Below, piece after piece: positions 16,340-28,919 of a DNA stretch of 64,000 bases. Below the pieces are notes generated by a model. The model did no database searches and was not told the DNA's origin. It saw only the letters and a program-made list of their open reading frames with translations. Position 1 is the stretch's first letter; each line of letters starts with the position of its first letter. The DNA is taken from contig OX597822.1 of the NCBI GenBank assembly GCA_951406725.2, positions 115,258,001 through 115,322,000 of the forward strand, written 5' to 3'. The DNA comes from Octopus vulgaris. Taxonomy: Eukaryota. Position numbers and translations under genes: made by a program.

Positions 16340-16835
16340 TAATAATAATTTTTTACCGTTAAGGGGTTTTTACGCATGCTAAACCACTGATATTATTATT
16401 GACAGTAATATTCTCATATGTATTTAAATAATTTTTATTCACATCGATTACCTTTTTTAAATTTTCTGCGGCATTAAATATGGTCATCATACACATTGGT
16501 GGGATGAATAATCTCTATAACCCAGGGTCAGTAAGACTCGCTAAAGATGAACTAAGAGTTTTTCTCAGTTCGAAATCACGGTGATACGGGTATGTCTGGC
16601 ATTTTCAATTTTCGACTATTTTCGTCATTGGTATGGGGTTTTATGATTTATATTCTTTTACCCGCTTTCACCTTTGTGTTTGAGTGAAAACTTGTGGTTT
16701 GGTCATTTTGACTGCTATTTTTAGCATGCCGGTATTGTTTGTTAGTTCCCTTAATTATTAACTGATAGTTTTTTTTTACTATTATGGGCTTTTTACGTAT
16801 GCTAAGCCTCTGATATTATTATAAATAATAATATC

Positions 16836-16840
<5 letters not shown>
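16340..16840 (+). mobile_element. Non-coding PLE-type element with direct terminal repeats and an internal hammerhead
   Basis: TTTTTACG.ATGCTAA.C..CTGATATTATTAT occurs at about 16367 and 16790; (TA)n flanks. Confidence 0.6.
16536..16591 (+). ncRNA. Type I hammerhead ribozyme motif with G5A core change (probably inactive)
   Basis: ACUCG CUAAAGA U GAACU aagaguuuuucuc AGUUC GAAA UCAC g GUGA UA CGGGU: all three stems pair. Confidence 0.75.
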
Positions 16841-16886
<46 letters not shown>

Positions 16887-19066
16887 TATATATATATACA
16901 ACAGGCTTCCACACAGTTTTCGTCAACCAAATTCACTCACAAGGAATTGATTGGCTTGGGGCTATAGTAGAAGAGACTTATCCAAGTTGCAGCTGAGTGC
17001 GACGGAACCACATGGCTGAAAAGCGAGCTTCTTCACCACACAGACATATATTTTGAGGACACTAAAAGAAAATTCACCCTCCTACTTTAGAAATTTGTTT
17101 TGTTGCTTAGCAAAAGAAATTTGTACGAAATTATTTCATCGTATGTTTTGGAGCAGAGGCTGTTTTCTCTAGCCTAAATCTATGACACGGTTTCGATTCA
17201 TAATCTGAAATTCTTTAGGTTGTGTCACTAAAGCATCATGCAACATATATTACTTCACCTCAGTAATTCTGAAATTCTTTGCTTATGAAAAGAAATCGAT
17301 ATTTATTCGTTTTTGTTTTGTTACAGGAGCCGGTTGCTAACAGAGTAACCAGATTTTTATATATTTATTTATTGAAGTTCAGAGAGCGTGAAGCCGTTTT
17401 ATTCATGTCTCTGAATGCGTCGAGCTATGATGTGTGTGTGATGTGTTGGACAATCCTTTGAAAGTATCTATTTAGATCTTCAATGGTCGACTGGATGATT
17501 TAATCTGCTCGGCGAGTTTCTTTTTGTTATTCTTTTTAAAAAAAAATCTCTCTCATTCTTTCTCTCTCTTGTAAACATGTATGCAAGCATGCATGCACTC
17601 ATTAATGCATACATGTATGTGATATGTTCGTAACATATATGTGTATATGGTAGTAATAATATGCGTGTAAGAGCCAATCGATAACAATGTGACAAAACTC
17701 TTTTGTTAAAGTTAAGACGTAAGTAGACATACGTGCTTGAATCACTGAATGCGCGAACATATTCATGCTCATGCGCGAACATTATTTCCATTAGGTACAA
17801 ATGATATAAAGATTTTGAAACGCTTCACAAAAGTTTTGACTAATCAGAGGAAACGGTATTTTCTTTTCTATAAAGAACGAGATAAAGAACGGCCGTCAAT
17901 ATTTCTGGCTTTAGAGGCGGCGGTGAGCTGGCAGAATCGTCAACACGCCAAGCAAAATGCTTAGCGACATTTCGTCCGTCTTTACTTTCCGCGTTCAAAT
18001 GCCTCCGGGGTCGACTTTGCTTTTCGTCCTATCGGAGTCAATAAAATAAATACCAGTTGAGCCCTGGGGTCGATGTAATCGATTTACCCACTGCCTCGAA
18101 ATTGCTGGCCTTGTGCCAAAAATTTAAACCAGTATTTCTTACTTTATGGTGGCGAATTGACAGAATCGTTAGCGCGCCGGGCAAATTACTTAGCGATATT
18201 ACATTCTGCGTTCAAATTCCGCCGTGGTTGACTTTGTCTTTCATCCTTTCGAAATCGATAAAATAAATACCAATTGAGTACTGGGTTCGATGTAATTGAC
18301 TTACCCCTCTGACAAACTCGGTGTCCTTGTACCAAAATGCTGAAACTAATATTTCTAGCTTAGACTTTTGCTATAATTTTGAACCGATTATCAACACAAC
18401 ACAGGAGCGATAGATTCACAGTTATTATCCAATTCCCTAAGATCCCAAATCTGTTTTGATACTTATATTGCTGTACTAGATAGCCTGAGTTTTAGGGGAG
18501 AGAAAGGGGTCAGCAATATTCTTGAAATGATATTTAATTCTGTATACTAAGCAAAATGTCTTATTGTCATCTTTGCCAATCCCGTTACTTTGATTTTGGT
18601 GTATTCCGGCTTTGTTTCTGATCCCTTAACCCAGTCAGAATTTCAGTTGCATAATATATATGGTAAGTATTTCCTGCAGACGAATGGTGAGATAAAAATG
18701 CAATGTCGAAACTGCCTAACAGGATTTGAATTAATTACTACCCACCCCCTCAAACCTACAATCTGTTGTAACGCTATTGCCAGTGCAGACTTGACGATAG
18801 TAACAGAATCAGTTGTACTAAGATAATAATAATAATAACCCGTTTTACTATAGGGACAAGGAGTGATATATGATGGGAAGGATCAGTCGATTGCATCTAC
18901 CCCAGTGCGCAATTGGTGCTTATTTTATTAACTCTCAAAGGATGGAAGGCAAAGTTGAACTCGGTGAAATCTGAACTTAGAACCGTTTTGACGGACGAAA
19001 TTCTGCTAAGCATTTTTTCCGGCGTGTTAACGATTCTGCCAGTTCGCCACCTTTATAAAAGAAGGA

Positions 19067-19150
19067 GAAGAAGAAGAAGAAGAAGAAGAAGAAGAAGAAG
19101 AAGAAGAAGAAGAAGAAGAAGAAGAAGAAGAAGAAGAAGAAGAAGAAGAA
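19067..19150. repeat. (AAG)n microsatellite
   Basis: Direct tandem repeat. Confidence 0.97.
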
Positions 19151-19189
19151 AATGCCGCTAATAATAATTGAATCCGTATGGCATAATGT

Positions 19190-19380
19190 ACACCAGCTGA
19201 CAACAAGGTATGCGATAAGGAAGAAAAAAAAGTCAATAGATATGATAGGTTAGCTTGGGAGGTTAAGCAATTGTGGTCAATGAAAAAGGTGGTAGCAATA
19301 ATTGTCGGAGCCCTAGGAACAGTGACTAAAAATCTTGAGAAGTACATGGAACAAATAGGGGCTGCAATAAGGGTGGATCA
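19190..19380 (+). mobile_element. R4/Dong-like LINE 3' fragment (end of restriction-like endonuclease domain)
   Basis: Translates to PADNKVCDKEEKKVNRYDRLAWEVKQLWSMKKVVAIIVGALGTVTKNLEKYMEQIG, followed by (TAA)n. Confidence 0.8.
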
Positions 19381-21284
19381 TAATAATAATAATAAAACAT
19401 AATAATAAACCTTTCTATTAAAGGCACAAAGCCTGAAATTTACGGGGAATGGGTAAGCCGATTACAACGATCCCAAATGTGCGTAACTGGTACGTATTTA
19501 ATTTGAACTCAGGACGTAGTGGCAGACGAAATACCGCGCAGTATTTCGCCCGGCGTGCTAACGATTCTGCCAGCTCGCCGCCTTAAATAATAACAATAAT
19601 AATAATAATAATAATAATGATAATAATAATAATAATAATAAAGGCACAAGATCTGAAATTTTGGTGGAAGGGGATTACATTGACCCCCGTATTCAAATGG
19701 TACTTACTTTACCAACTTGAAAAACATCAAAGGCAAATTCGACCTCACCGAAATTTGAACTCAGAGTATGAAGCCAAAAGAAATGCCGCTGGGATTTTCG
19801 TCCGGCGCACTAAAAATTCTGCTGGCTCGCCGCCTTGGTAATAGTAATAATAATTTTTACAATAGGTACAAAGCCAGCAGTTAATAATCGTGATTTCATA
19901 TTTTGGCACAAAGCCAGCAAGTTCGGAGCAAGTCGATAGCATTGACCCTGGAGCTCAACTGGGGCTTATTTTACCAATCCCGAAAGGATGAAAGATAAAA
20001 ACCAATCTCGGCGGAATTTTAACTCAGAACGGACGAAATGATCCTAAGCATTTTGCCCGGCGTGCTAACGATTCTGCCAGTTCCCCGCCTTAATTATTTC
20101 AATTTTTTGCCACAAGGGCAGCTTGTGGAGCGCATCATAGCAAACGAGCTTACTAGTGGTGCATTACGTTAATTCCAGTTATGTTAAATTTTCTGATCGA
20201 TATATCATAACGTTCAGAGAAGCAATTTTGCAGGCATTTTCACTTGTGTCACCGTTCATCATATAATGACTGTTATTATACATTATCACAACGTTGTCAT
20301 ATAATGATAACGTTGTTATCACATGATAGTAATAAGGATATAGGTAATATTTTCCACATCACACTTGTACAAATGATATTTTCTATATCAGCAAGGTGTT
20401 TGTGCTTGTTGCTTTTACTTTGTTTTTTTGTCAAATAGATATCTACACACAGTTTAACGGAAGTGAAATTGTATCCTTCGACAATGGATCTACGAGATAC
20501 TATTCTTTTCTTTTGCTTTCTTACCAGCTCTCTCACTATTTCTTCCTCCTTCCCTCCCCCCTCTCTCTGTTTATGAGGATGAGGAGCGAGAAATTGTCAA
20601 TGTCAGTCTTGTTTGATTAATATATTTTAATCTCCGTTTCTCTCTCTCCGCCTCTATTCTTCTCAATTTTTCTATATATATATACATGCATTTCTGAGTA
20701 CGCTTGCGTGCTTCTGTGAATATGGTTGCCTCTAGTGTCAATACATATTGTCGCCAAAACAGGCTAAAATGTCCTCTCAGTTCTACCAAATAGTTACTGT
20801 CCAAACAATCGTGTCCGATTTCGCTAAAATTCTATTGGTATATTGATGTTTATATATATATATATATCAAATTCTTAAATATGTATGTAGATACGTATGC
20901 GCGTGCGTACAAATACAGGTGCACACGCACATACACAAACACACGTATATGGTGTGTGTATATATATATATGTGTGTTTGTGTGTGTACACGTGCGTGAG
21001 CGTGCGCGTGTGTATATATGTGTATATATAGATATATACATACACACACACATACACACACACACACTAGCATATGTATGTCTATGCATGTATGTACAGA
21101 GAAGGAACTGGATTCTAATCCAGAAGCAAGTATTTCTCTTGGGAATTCAGACAGAATCAACTTGTTCGTCTTCAACATATGTCTGCAGTCATGCATGACA
21201 TCGCATATGGGAATCCATATATACACATATATACATATATGTATGTATGTTTGAATGTATGTATAGATTCTTTTTATTCTTTTA

Positions 21285-21456
21285 TTATTTTACTTGTTTC
21301 ATTCACTTGACTGCAGCTATGCTGAAGTACCGACTTTAGTCGGGCAAATCGACCCCAGGACTTATTCTAGCGGCCTGTTTTGCCAAACAGCTAAGTTTAC
21401 GGAGACGTAAACACACCAACATCGGTTGTCAAGCGATGGCAGGGGGACAAACACAG

Positions 21457-21504
<48 letters not shown>

Positions 21505-21660
21505 GATATATAAGACGGGCTTCTTTCAGTTTCCGTCAATCAATTCCACTCATAAGGCTTTGGTCGGCCAGGGACTATAGCAGAAGACATTTGCCCAAGG
21601 TGCCACGCAGTGGGACTAAATCAGGAACAAACTTCTTACCACACAACAACGCCTGCGCTT
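21285..21660 (-). mobile_element. SINE family B copy
   Basis: Similar to other family B copies. Confidence 0.85.
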
Positions 21661-21740
21661 ATGTATATGTATACATACACACTAACATAGACACACATAA
21701 CAGAGACATATATACTTATATATATATATGTGTGTGTGTG

Positions 21741-21772
<32 letters not shown>

Positions 21773-21774
21773 AA

Positions 21775-22878
21775 TGCAAATGCTTGGGTTTCTATAAGGG
21801 TGTACGCACTTACCACTACCTCTCCAACAGCACCACCCTCACAGGCACCCATCATTGTCCCTATCATATAGCCGACTCCTTTTCCTGCACTTCTAGCAAC
21901 GTCATTTACTGCATCTCTTGCTTTTTCAGGCCTTCTCTGTACATCGGTCAAACGGGACGCCGCTTTGCTGACGGGTTCGCGGAGCACCTCCGAGACATCA
22001 GACTCAGCAATAACACCCAGGTCTCGCGCCATTTCCGCTCTACCGATCCTTCACCACAACACCTGTCTGTGTTTTGATTATCTTTGCACAGGGGCCATCC
22101 GGACTCCCCCCTTCGCTGTGAACAAGAATTAATCTTCTCTCTGCGCTCTTTTGCTCCACGAGGGCTAAACCCTCTCCCTTCTTCATCTAACTCCCCTCCT
22201 CTCTTCATGTGACACCTACTTCCTGTCTTCACTGCTACCCACCTTCTCTCTTCATTAGTACCACCCCCTCCACTCGCACCCACCACTATTCCCACGCCTC
22301 CACACCAATGTCCTCATCCTACATCCCACCCCACACTCTTACCCCTCACTCCCACACCAGCATACCACACCACCACAGCCACATCACACACAACACATGC
22401 TACTCCGCACACACTAGCACGGACCACTTCCCTGTACCCACACCACACCATCATCCGCACACCACTCACCATCATCCGTACACACACGAACCATCATCCA
22501 CACGCCCACACGTTACAGACGCACTCACACACGGACACATCCACACACGTCGAAGTTACTAGCCCCTATCCCCACATGCACGCTTACACATTCTCACATA
22601 CACATACGCGCGTTTTAGGATCACTAGTACTTATTATCTTCCCTTCTTTCAACCTCTCCTGTCAAACCTCTTTTTCCCAACCAGTCACCATGCTTGACCG
22701 CTAAATCCACGAGGTTTATTTATTCTCTCTCTGTTTATATTCTCGTATTCCTTCTGTTGAAGGGCATAGGCTTGAAACGTAAAATACTTTCTCACTTTCC
22801 CGAGCGTCAAACTAGTACACCACCTGCTTGTTGCTCATACACCTGTCTTCGCCTTCTGTTTTTCCGTAAATTTCAACT

Positions 22879-22880
<2 letters not shown>
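21775..22880 (+). mobile_element. 5'-truncated Penelope-like element: GIY-YIG endonuclease pseudogene plus 3' UTR/pseudo-LTR
   Basis: YHIADSFSCTSSNVIYCISCFFRPSLYIGQTGRRFADGFAEHLRDIR...VSRHF...LSVF*...EQELIFSLRSFAPRGLN (about 21800-22170, one in-frame stop), then a C/A-rich UTR and a hammerhead motif. Confidence 0.88.
22750..22785 (+). ncRNA. Minimal type I hammerhead motif, variant core, in the PLE 3' end
   Basis: cuu CUGUUGA a GGGC auag GCUU GAAA CG UA aaa. Confidence 0.6.
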
Positions 22881-23099
<219 letters not shown>

Positions 23100-23540
23100 G
23101 AGACAGACGCGTCTTTATGTGTGTGCATATATCTAAAATAGCCTAATTTTCTGAACGTCTATAAATGGCTTGTAATTGTCGTGTCTTAATAAGCCGTGTC
23201 CTTTCTTTTGCAAAAGCTCTGATTCTCAAGATAGCGCCGATGCGGTTAATTACATAACTAAATGGCCCAATGAACACAAACATACCGGTATAAACTTAAA
23301 GTGTATGGTTGAGGTGCCATATACTCTTTTGCTCTTTTACTTGTATCAGTCATTTCACCGTGGCCATGCTGGAGCACCGCCTTTAGTCGACCAAATCGAT
23401 CCCAGGACTTATTCTTTGTAAGCCTAGTACTTATTCTATCGGTCTATTTTGCCGAACTGTTAAGTTACGGGGACGTAAACACACCAGCATCTGTTGTCAA
23501 GCTATGTTGGCGGAGACAAACACAGACACACAAACATATA

Positions 23541-23606
<66 letters not shown>

Positions 23607-23757
23607 AATTAAGGACTGAACACGAAAAGTGGACAGTCAACATGCTAGATATAGACGTCAAATCGCCATTCACCACAAAAGATTATGTTCTCAGATCAAA
23701 CTCAGCACAAAACCATAGCAATAAACAAGTGAAAAATATACGAAATAAAATAATTAC

Positions 23758-23821
23758 CCATGTACTAATTAGTTTCGACTGTTATTTTCCGCAAGGAAAA
23801 CTGCAGCCATCATCAGCATGG
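23758..23821 (-). ncRNA. Canonical type I hammerhead ribozyme
   Basis: Minus strand: CCAUG CUGAUGA U GGCUG cag UUUUCC uugc GGAAAA uaa CAGUC GAAA CUAAUUAG UA CAUGG. Full core, 5-bp stem I, palindromic stem III, GUA cleavage triplet. Confidence 0.9.
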
Positions 23822-24155
23822 TCCGTTATAAATGTAATTTGCTGGACTAGATGCAAACACGATACCGAAATATCGCGTGCATGGAGTTCAGCCTATTACA
23901 TTTGAATATATCTTTCAAATGCCTTCACTTTGGCGCGTTGAGACCCGGGTCTCAACGCGCCAAAGTGAAGGCATTTGAAAGATATATTCAAATGTAATAG
24001 GCTGACTCCATGCACCGATATTTCGGTATCGCGTCTCAACGCGCCAAAGTGAAGGCATTTGAAAGATATATTCAAATGTAATAGGCTGAACTCCATGCAC
24101 GCGATATTTCGGTATCGTGTTTGCATCTAGTCCAGCAAATTACATTTATAACGGA

Positions 24156-24209
24156 CCATGCTGATGATGGCTGCAGTTTTCCTTGCTGTCGAAACTAATT
24201 AGTACATGG
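24156..24209 (+). ncRNA. Canonical type I hammerhead ribozyme (mirror copy, stem II shortened by about 10 nt)
   Basis: CCAUG CUGAUGA U GGC u GCAG uuuucc UUGC u GUC GAAA CUAAUUAG UA CAUGG. Confidence 0.82.
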
Positions 24210-24902
24210 GTAATTATTTTATTTCCACTTGTTTATTGCTATGGTTTTGTGCTGAGTTTGATCTGAGAACATAATCTTTTGTGGTGAATGGCATTTGACG
24301 TCTATATCTAGCATGTTGACTGTCCACTTTTCGTGTTCAGTCCTTAATTGGTATATATAAATATTTTAATCTTCGGATTCTTTTTTAATATGCTAGACCA
24401 CTGGTCTTAATTGATAAATATCAATTTCTACCCTTAATTAATTTTATATATTTATATATATATATATATATATACGATGGGCTTCTTTCAGTTTCCGTCG
24501 ACCAAATCCAGTCACAAGGCTTTTGTCGGCCCGAGGCTATAGTAGAATACACTTGTCTAAGGTGCCACGCGGTGGGACTGAACCCAGAGCCATGTGGCTC
24601 TTAAGCAAGCTACTTACCATACAGCCACTCCTACGCCTATCTGTATTTTTCATATTTGTTTCTCGAGGACTTTGTCGTTACAGCTACTTCACAACCGATT
24701 TCTGCTGCTTTTAACGCATTTTTCGGTTCGTCCCAAAGCACTGCGCCTGGGTTCTTATTATACATTGGTTTCGACAGAGACATTGCATCACCATTTTTTT
24801 CATATTATGAGTATACTTCCACATTGCAGACAACTTCGTATCGTTTGATATTAAAGCTTATCCTTTGTACAGAGATTATTGTGTAGTGTTTGGGCCACGG
24901 TG

Positions 24903-25200
24903 GGAGCGCGTGACTTAGTGGTCAGGGCGTTAGACTCATAACTGTAAGATTGTGGTTTCGATTCCTGGACCGGGCGATGTGTTGTATTCTTGAGCAAAAC
25001 ACTTCATTTCACAATTGCTCCAGTCCACTCAGCTGGCAAAAATGAGTAATCGTGCGACGGACCGGCGTCTCGTCAAGGCGAGAAATATATACGTCATGAA
25101 AACTGGAAAACCGGGAAACCGGTCATTATGAGTTAGCATATGGCTCAGGGGTTAGAGCGTCGGGCTCACGATCATGAGTTCGATTCTCAGAGCGGGTTCT
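24903..25200 (+). mobile_element. SINE family C copy plus a second partial head
   Basis: A-box-like TGACTTAGTGG, B-box-like GTTTCGATTCC, body TTGAGCAAAACACTTCATTTCAC. Confidence 0.8.
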
Positions 25201-25834
25201 GTGTTCTGTTCTTATATATATATAAATGTTACTTGTATAGAGTCCTGTAACTTTATGCCCCCTCCCCTTTCTTACTCACGTCTTTAGCTTTCTGTTGCTT
25301 ATAAGATAGTTACTTTCTCGTTTCTTCCCCCTCCTTGGGTTATGCTTATAGTCTCTATGTATACACCAAGTGATTTTTGCATGCAAGCAAGATTGCGTAT
25401 ACATATGTGTACATGTATTTGTGTGTATATTTTCGTTTTGCCTTTATATGTCTGTATATGTATGTGGTCTGCGCACATCTATCTGTGTATTTTGATGTAT
25501 ACATACATGTATATTGATGGTTTAGTGTGAGTATGTACTGTTGTGAAATATCTTAATATATTTTAATTTCAATTTTTATGTATTAATTGTATTAATCGAA
25601 TTCTATATTCTACATAATTTATGACGATATGTATTTGAATCAAATCTTCGATTTAAAGTTTTTCCTCGATTTTTATAATTTTATATTGAGCCCATTTATT
25701 TGTTTTGTTCATTTTTGTTTATCGCTCGCATATGACCGTTATTTGAAAGGACCAATCAAACAAATCCATTTTTAAAGGTGTGTCGTTTATACTAATCTGA
25801 ATAGAATTGTAATCTCGGTTCTATTTTAACAAAA

Positions 25835-25872
25835 CTGTCCGACGAACGGGAACGTGAAACTCCGAGTAACAG
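25835..25872 (+). ncRNA. Minimal type I hammerhead motif (U4C change)
   Basis: CUGU CCGACGA ACG ggaa CGU GAAA CUC c GAG UA ACAG: stem I 4 bp, GNRA-capped stem II, near-palindromic stem III. Lies about 35 bp before a (TA)n junction. Confidence 0.78.
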
Positions 25873-26081
25873 CTTCTGTTGAATTTCTGCTGCTTTTAAA
25901 TAAAGTATATATATATCTATATATACGATAAGCCTCTTTAAGTTTCTGTGTACTAAATCCACTCACAAGGCTTTGATCGGCCCGATGTCAAAGTAGAAGT
26001 CACTTACATAAAGTTCCACGTAGTGAGACTGATCCCGGAACCATGTGGTTGGATAGCAAATTTCTTATATATATCTATATA

Positions 26082-27099
26082 CAGGGGTTGAACAAAGTAA
26101 TGGAAACACCTAGCATAATAGCATTATAATTTTGAAATATCTATAAAGCCTTCAAGAGCTTGTTTATTTTTATGGTTTTTGATTAATTATTAGTGTTGCT
26201 TAAAATGTTTTGCTAAAATTGCTGTTTCTTTTCAGATGTCATCCGAAGAAGGTAATTTAAATTCATTAAAAAGACAGATCTATCAGACTTTCAAAGAGAT
26301 CAAATTGTTGGTGCTCGTATGGCAGTTGCTAGCGTAACGGAAGCAACCGAAATGTTTGGTGTATCATGAAATACTGTCTAGAAAGTAATTACAGCTTTTG
26401 AGAAAGATGGAAAAACCTCCTCTTGGAAACAAAACTCCGGAAGAAAGCCAAAACTTTCAGATAGGGACCGTCGGACTCATGCGAATTGTTAGAAAGAATC
26501 ACAAAAGCACAGCTCCCAAAATTACTGCAGAGCTTAATGACCACCTCGAGAACCCAGTTTCCACAAAAACTGTTCGCTGGGAGCTGCACAAAGCCGGATT
26601 TCAGGGAGAGCTGCACAAAGCCGGCCCAGTGGTTTCCCTTCATAGCAGAATTAATTGTCGAGATTATTTAAGCATTTTATCTGATCAAATTCATCCTATG
26701 ATTGCGGAACTGTTTCCGCAGGGAGACGCAATCTTTCAGGATGATAATGCACCAATTCACATAGCTAAAGTTGTTACTAAATGCCACGAGAAACATTCTA
26801 ATGAAGTTGAACATCTTATCTGGCCACCACAGTCCCTAGATCTCAATATTATTGAACATTTATGGTGCATTTTAGAAAAATAAGTAAGGAGTCGATATCC
26901 TCCACCATAATCACAACAAGAACTGGAGACTTTTTAGCCGAAGAATGGACAAAAATTCCTTTGGAAACAATTCAGACTTTGTACGAGTCCATACCTCATA
27001 GAATTCAAGCTGTAATTACTGCCAAATGTGGTCCTACCCCATATTAAAATAAATTTGTTTGAAATTTTAAGGTGTTTCCATTATTCTGTCCAACCCCTG
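26082..27099 (+). mobile_element. Tc1-family DNA transposon, internally deleted, non-autonomous
   Basis: TA target duplication (26080-81, 27100-01). TIRs CAGGGGTTGAACAAAGTAATGGAAACACCT / AGGTGTTTCCATTATTCTGTCCAACCCCTG. Confidence 0.95.
26270..27046 (+). pseudogene. Tc1-like transposase pseudogene
   Basis: N-terminal HTH-like region DLSDFQRDQIVGARMA...FGVS*NTV*KVI. Catalytic C-terminal half FQDDNAPIH...WPPQSLDLNIIEHLW...AVITAKCGPTPY. Stops, frameshifts, and the first catalytic D region is missing. Confidence 0.92.
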
Positions 27100-27626
27100 T
27101 ACATATATTACCTGTATCCTTATCCTTTTCTGCATCAGATGTTTTATAATTATTTCGCGTTCCTGCATTTCAAAAGCACGCCATTTAAAATATGAGCCAA
27201 CGGCTGATGGTCCAAGAAAACCTACTTCAGTTATCTACGTTACTGTCAATGAAGTTTTCTGGCAATATAACTGCACATGACATCCTGCTGATAAGCTGTT
27301 AACATTTAACAGCTTATGTTCTGTTTTAACAGAGATGTTCTGTTGCAGTAGGTCTGTGCAACATCTCTGAGTGTGTATCAATGGTTATCAGACGTAATAT
27401 TTTCTGAAGAGTTTCTTTCCAGCCCGTCTCATGAGTTCAAACTTGATCATTGGATGCACTTCGACGCATGGAAATTTGTTCAAGAGATATGATGCGACAA
27501 TCAAAAGCTGTTTGAATCAATGTTAAGCTTTTGTTACCTTGCTTTGTTTTTCCTTTTGGAGGCGGTCGATATCACTAATTTCTGATGATGTTTTTACTGA
27601 GCTCTAACATCTATAGTTGTGTTAGA

Positions 27627-27950
27627 ATGGCCCAGTGGTTAGAGCGTCGGGCTCACAATCATGAGATAGTGAGTTCGATTCCCGGACCGAGCTCCGTGTT
27701 GTGTTCTTGTGCAAAACACTTTATTTCACGTTGCTCCAGTTCACTCAGCTGTTGAAATGAGTTGCGACGTCATTGGGGCCAAGCTGTATCGGCCCCTTTG
27801 CCTTTCCACTGTACAACATCGTTGGCGTGAGCAGGGAGGCTGGTTTGCATGTGTGACTGGTGGCCTTCTATAAACAACTTTGTCCGCACCTGTGCCTCGG
27901 AGGATAACTTCTTAGGTGCAATCCAATGGCCATTCGTGACCGAAAGAGGT
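27627..27950 (+). mobile_element. SINE family C copy
   Basis: TGGCCCAGTGGTTAGAGCG...GAGTTCGATTCCCGGACC tRNA-like head. Confidence 0.85.
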
Positions 27951-28264
27951 CTTTACACTATTATATTTTAACATCAATGCTTGGTATTTCATCTCGTATC
28001 AAACTGAATATCCCGAATATTGGTTATACACGAACTTATTGTATGTTCAGAGCTCTAAAGACAGCATTCTTTTCCCGCTTGGTTATATTATTTGGTTCTA
28101 TATTTCTTGTTAAAAAAGCCATCATAGGATCTATTTTCATTCTTCGCTAGGAACCAGTAGCATTTGTCGGTTAGATATGGTAGAAATAGCCGGGCTTGTA
28201 ATAGAGATGTTGCTAGATTCGTTTCTAGACCTTCCTCGTTTAATAATCTGATAGCAATGTTTAC

Positions 28265-28812
28265 CATTAAGTCTTTAAACATTACTTTACTGGGTTTAGT
28301 CTTTCGACTGTCACTACGACGGGGTATCATTTCAAAAATTTGATTGATCATACTGAGCTCAGTACGTATTTCAATCTGGCATTTATTTTATAGAACTCTG
28401 CTTCAAGAACTTTGAGACGTAATGGGACACAATACTCGATTTAACAACAAATGTAAACGCGCGCGCGTGCGCGCACACACACACAAGCACACAAACACAC
28501 CCACACACATTAAGTGCAAAAACGATTACGTGGATGAGAAGTTTGCTTCCCAGCCAGATGGTTCCACGTTCAGTCCCGCTGCATGGTACCTTGGACAAGT
28601 GTTTTCTACTATAGCCCTAGGCCAACCACAGACTTGTGACTGAATTTGGTAGACGGAAAATGCAGCATTATTCATCAGAAAATGACCGAAAAACATGTTT
28701 ATAAAAAAGAGTTGTTTGCAGCATATTCCTCGTGTGCCGATTCTGCCCATAAAACGGAGCAAATAATACAATGTGGCCGTAGGTCGTAACACCCGGGCAA
28801 CACCGGGGTGCA
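28265..28812 (+). repeat. Composite block (decayed SINE pieces + CA tract + SINE B head + Helitron-like 3' end), duplicated at 53275-53812
   Basis: Colinear similarity including identical internal junctions. Confidence 0.85.
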
Positions 28813-28919
28813 TATATATATCTATATATATATATGCATACACACATATATATATATAGGGGATTTTGGGTGGGTATTTATGTATGTATGTGTATATGTG
28901 CGTATAAATATATATACAT

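Larger units (their letters stand above)
15850..17045 (-). mobile_element. SINE family B copy split by insertions in its internal microsatellite (halves 15850-16050 and about 16900-17045)
   Basis: The two halves match the two parts of intact family B copies. Confidence 0.7.
23605..24351. repeat. Spacer-less palindrome, arm about 342 bp, centre between 23946 and 23947
   Basis: Centre TTGAGACCC|GGGTCTCAA. The right arm carries an 84-bp tandem duplication (23949/24033) and a few small deletions. Confidence 0.95.
23330..24638 (-). mobile_element. SINE family B copy split by the palindromic element (halves 23330-23530 and 24475-24638)
   Basis: Halves match intact family B copies; the insertion lies in the internal (CA)n(TA)n tract. 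Confidence 0.8.
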
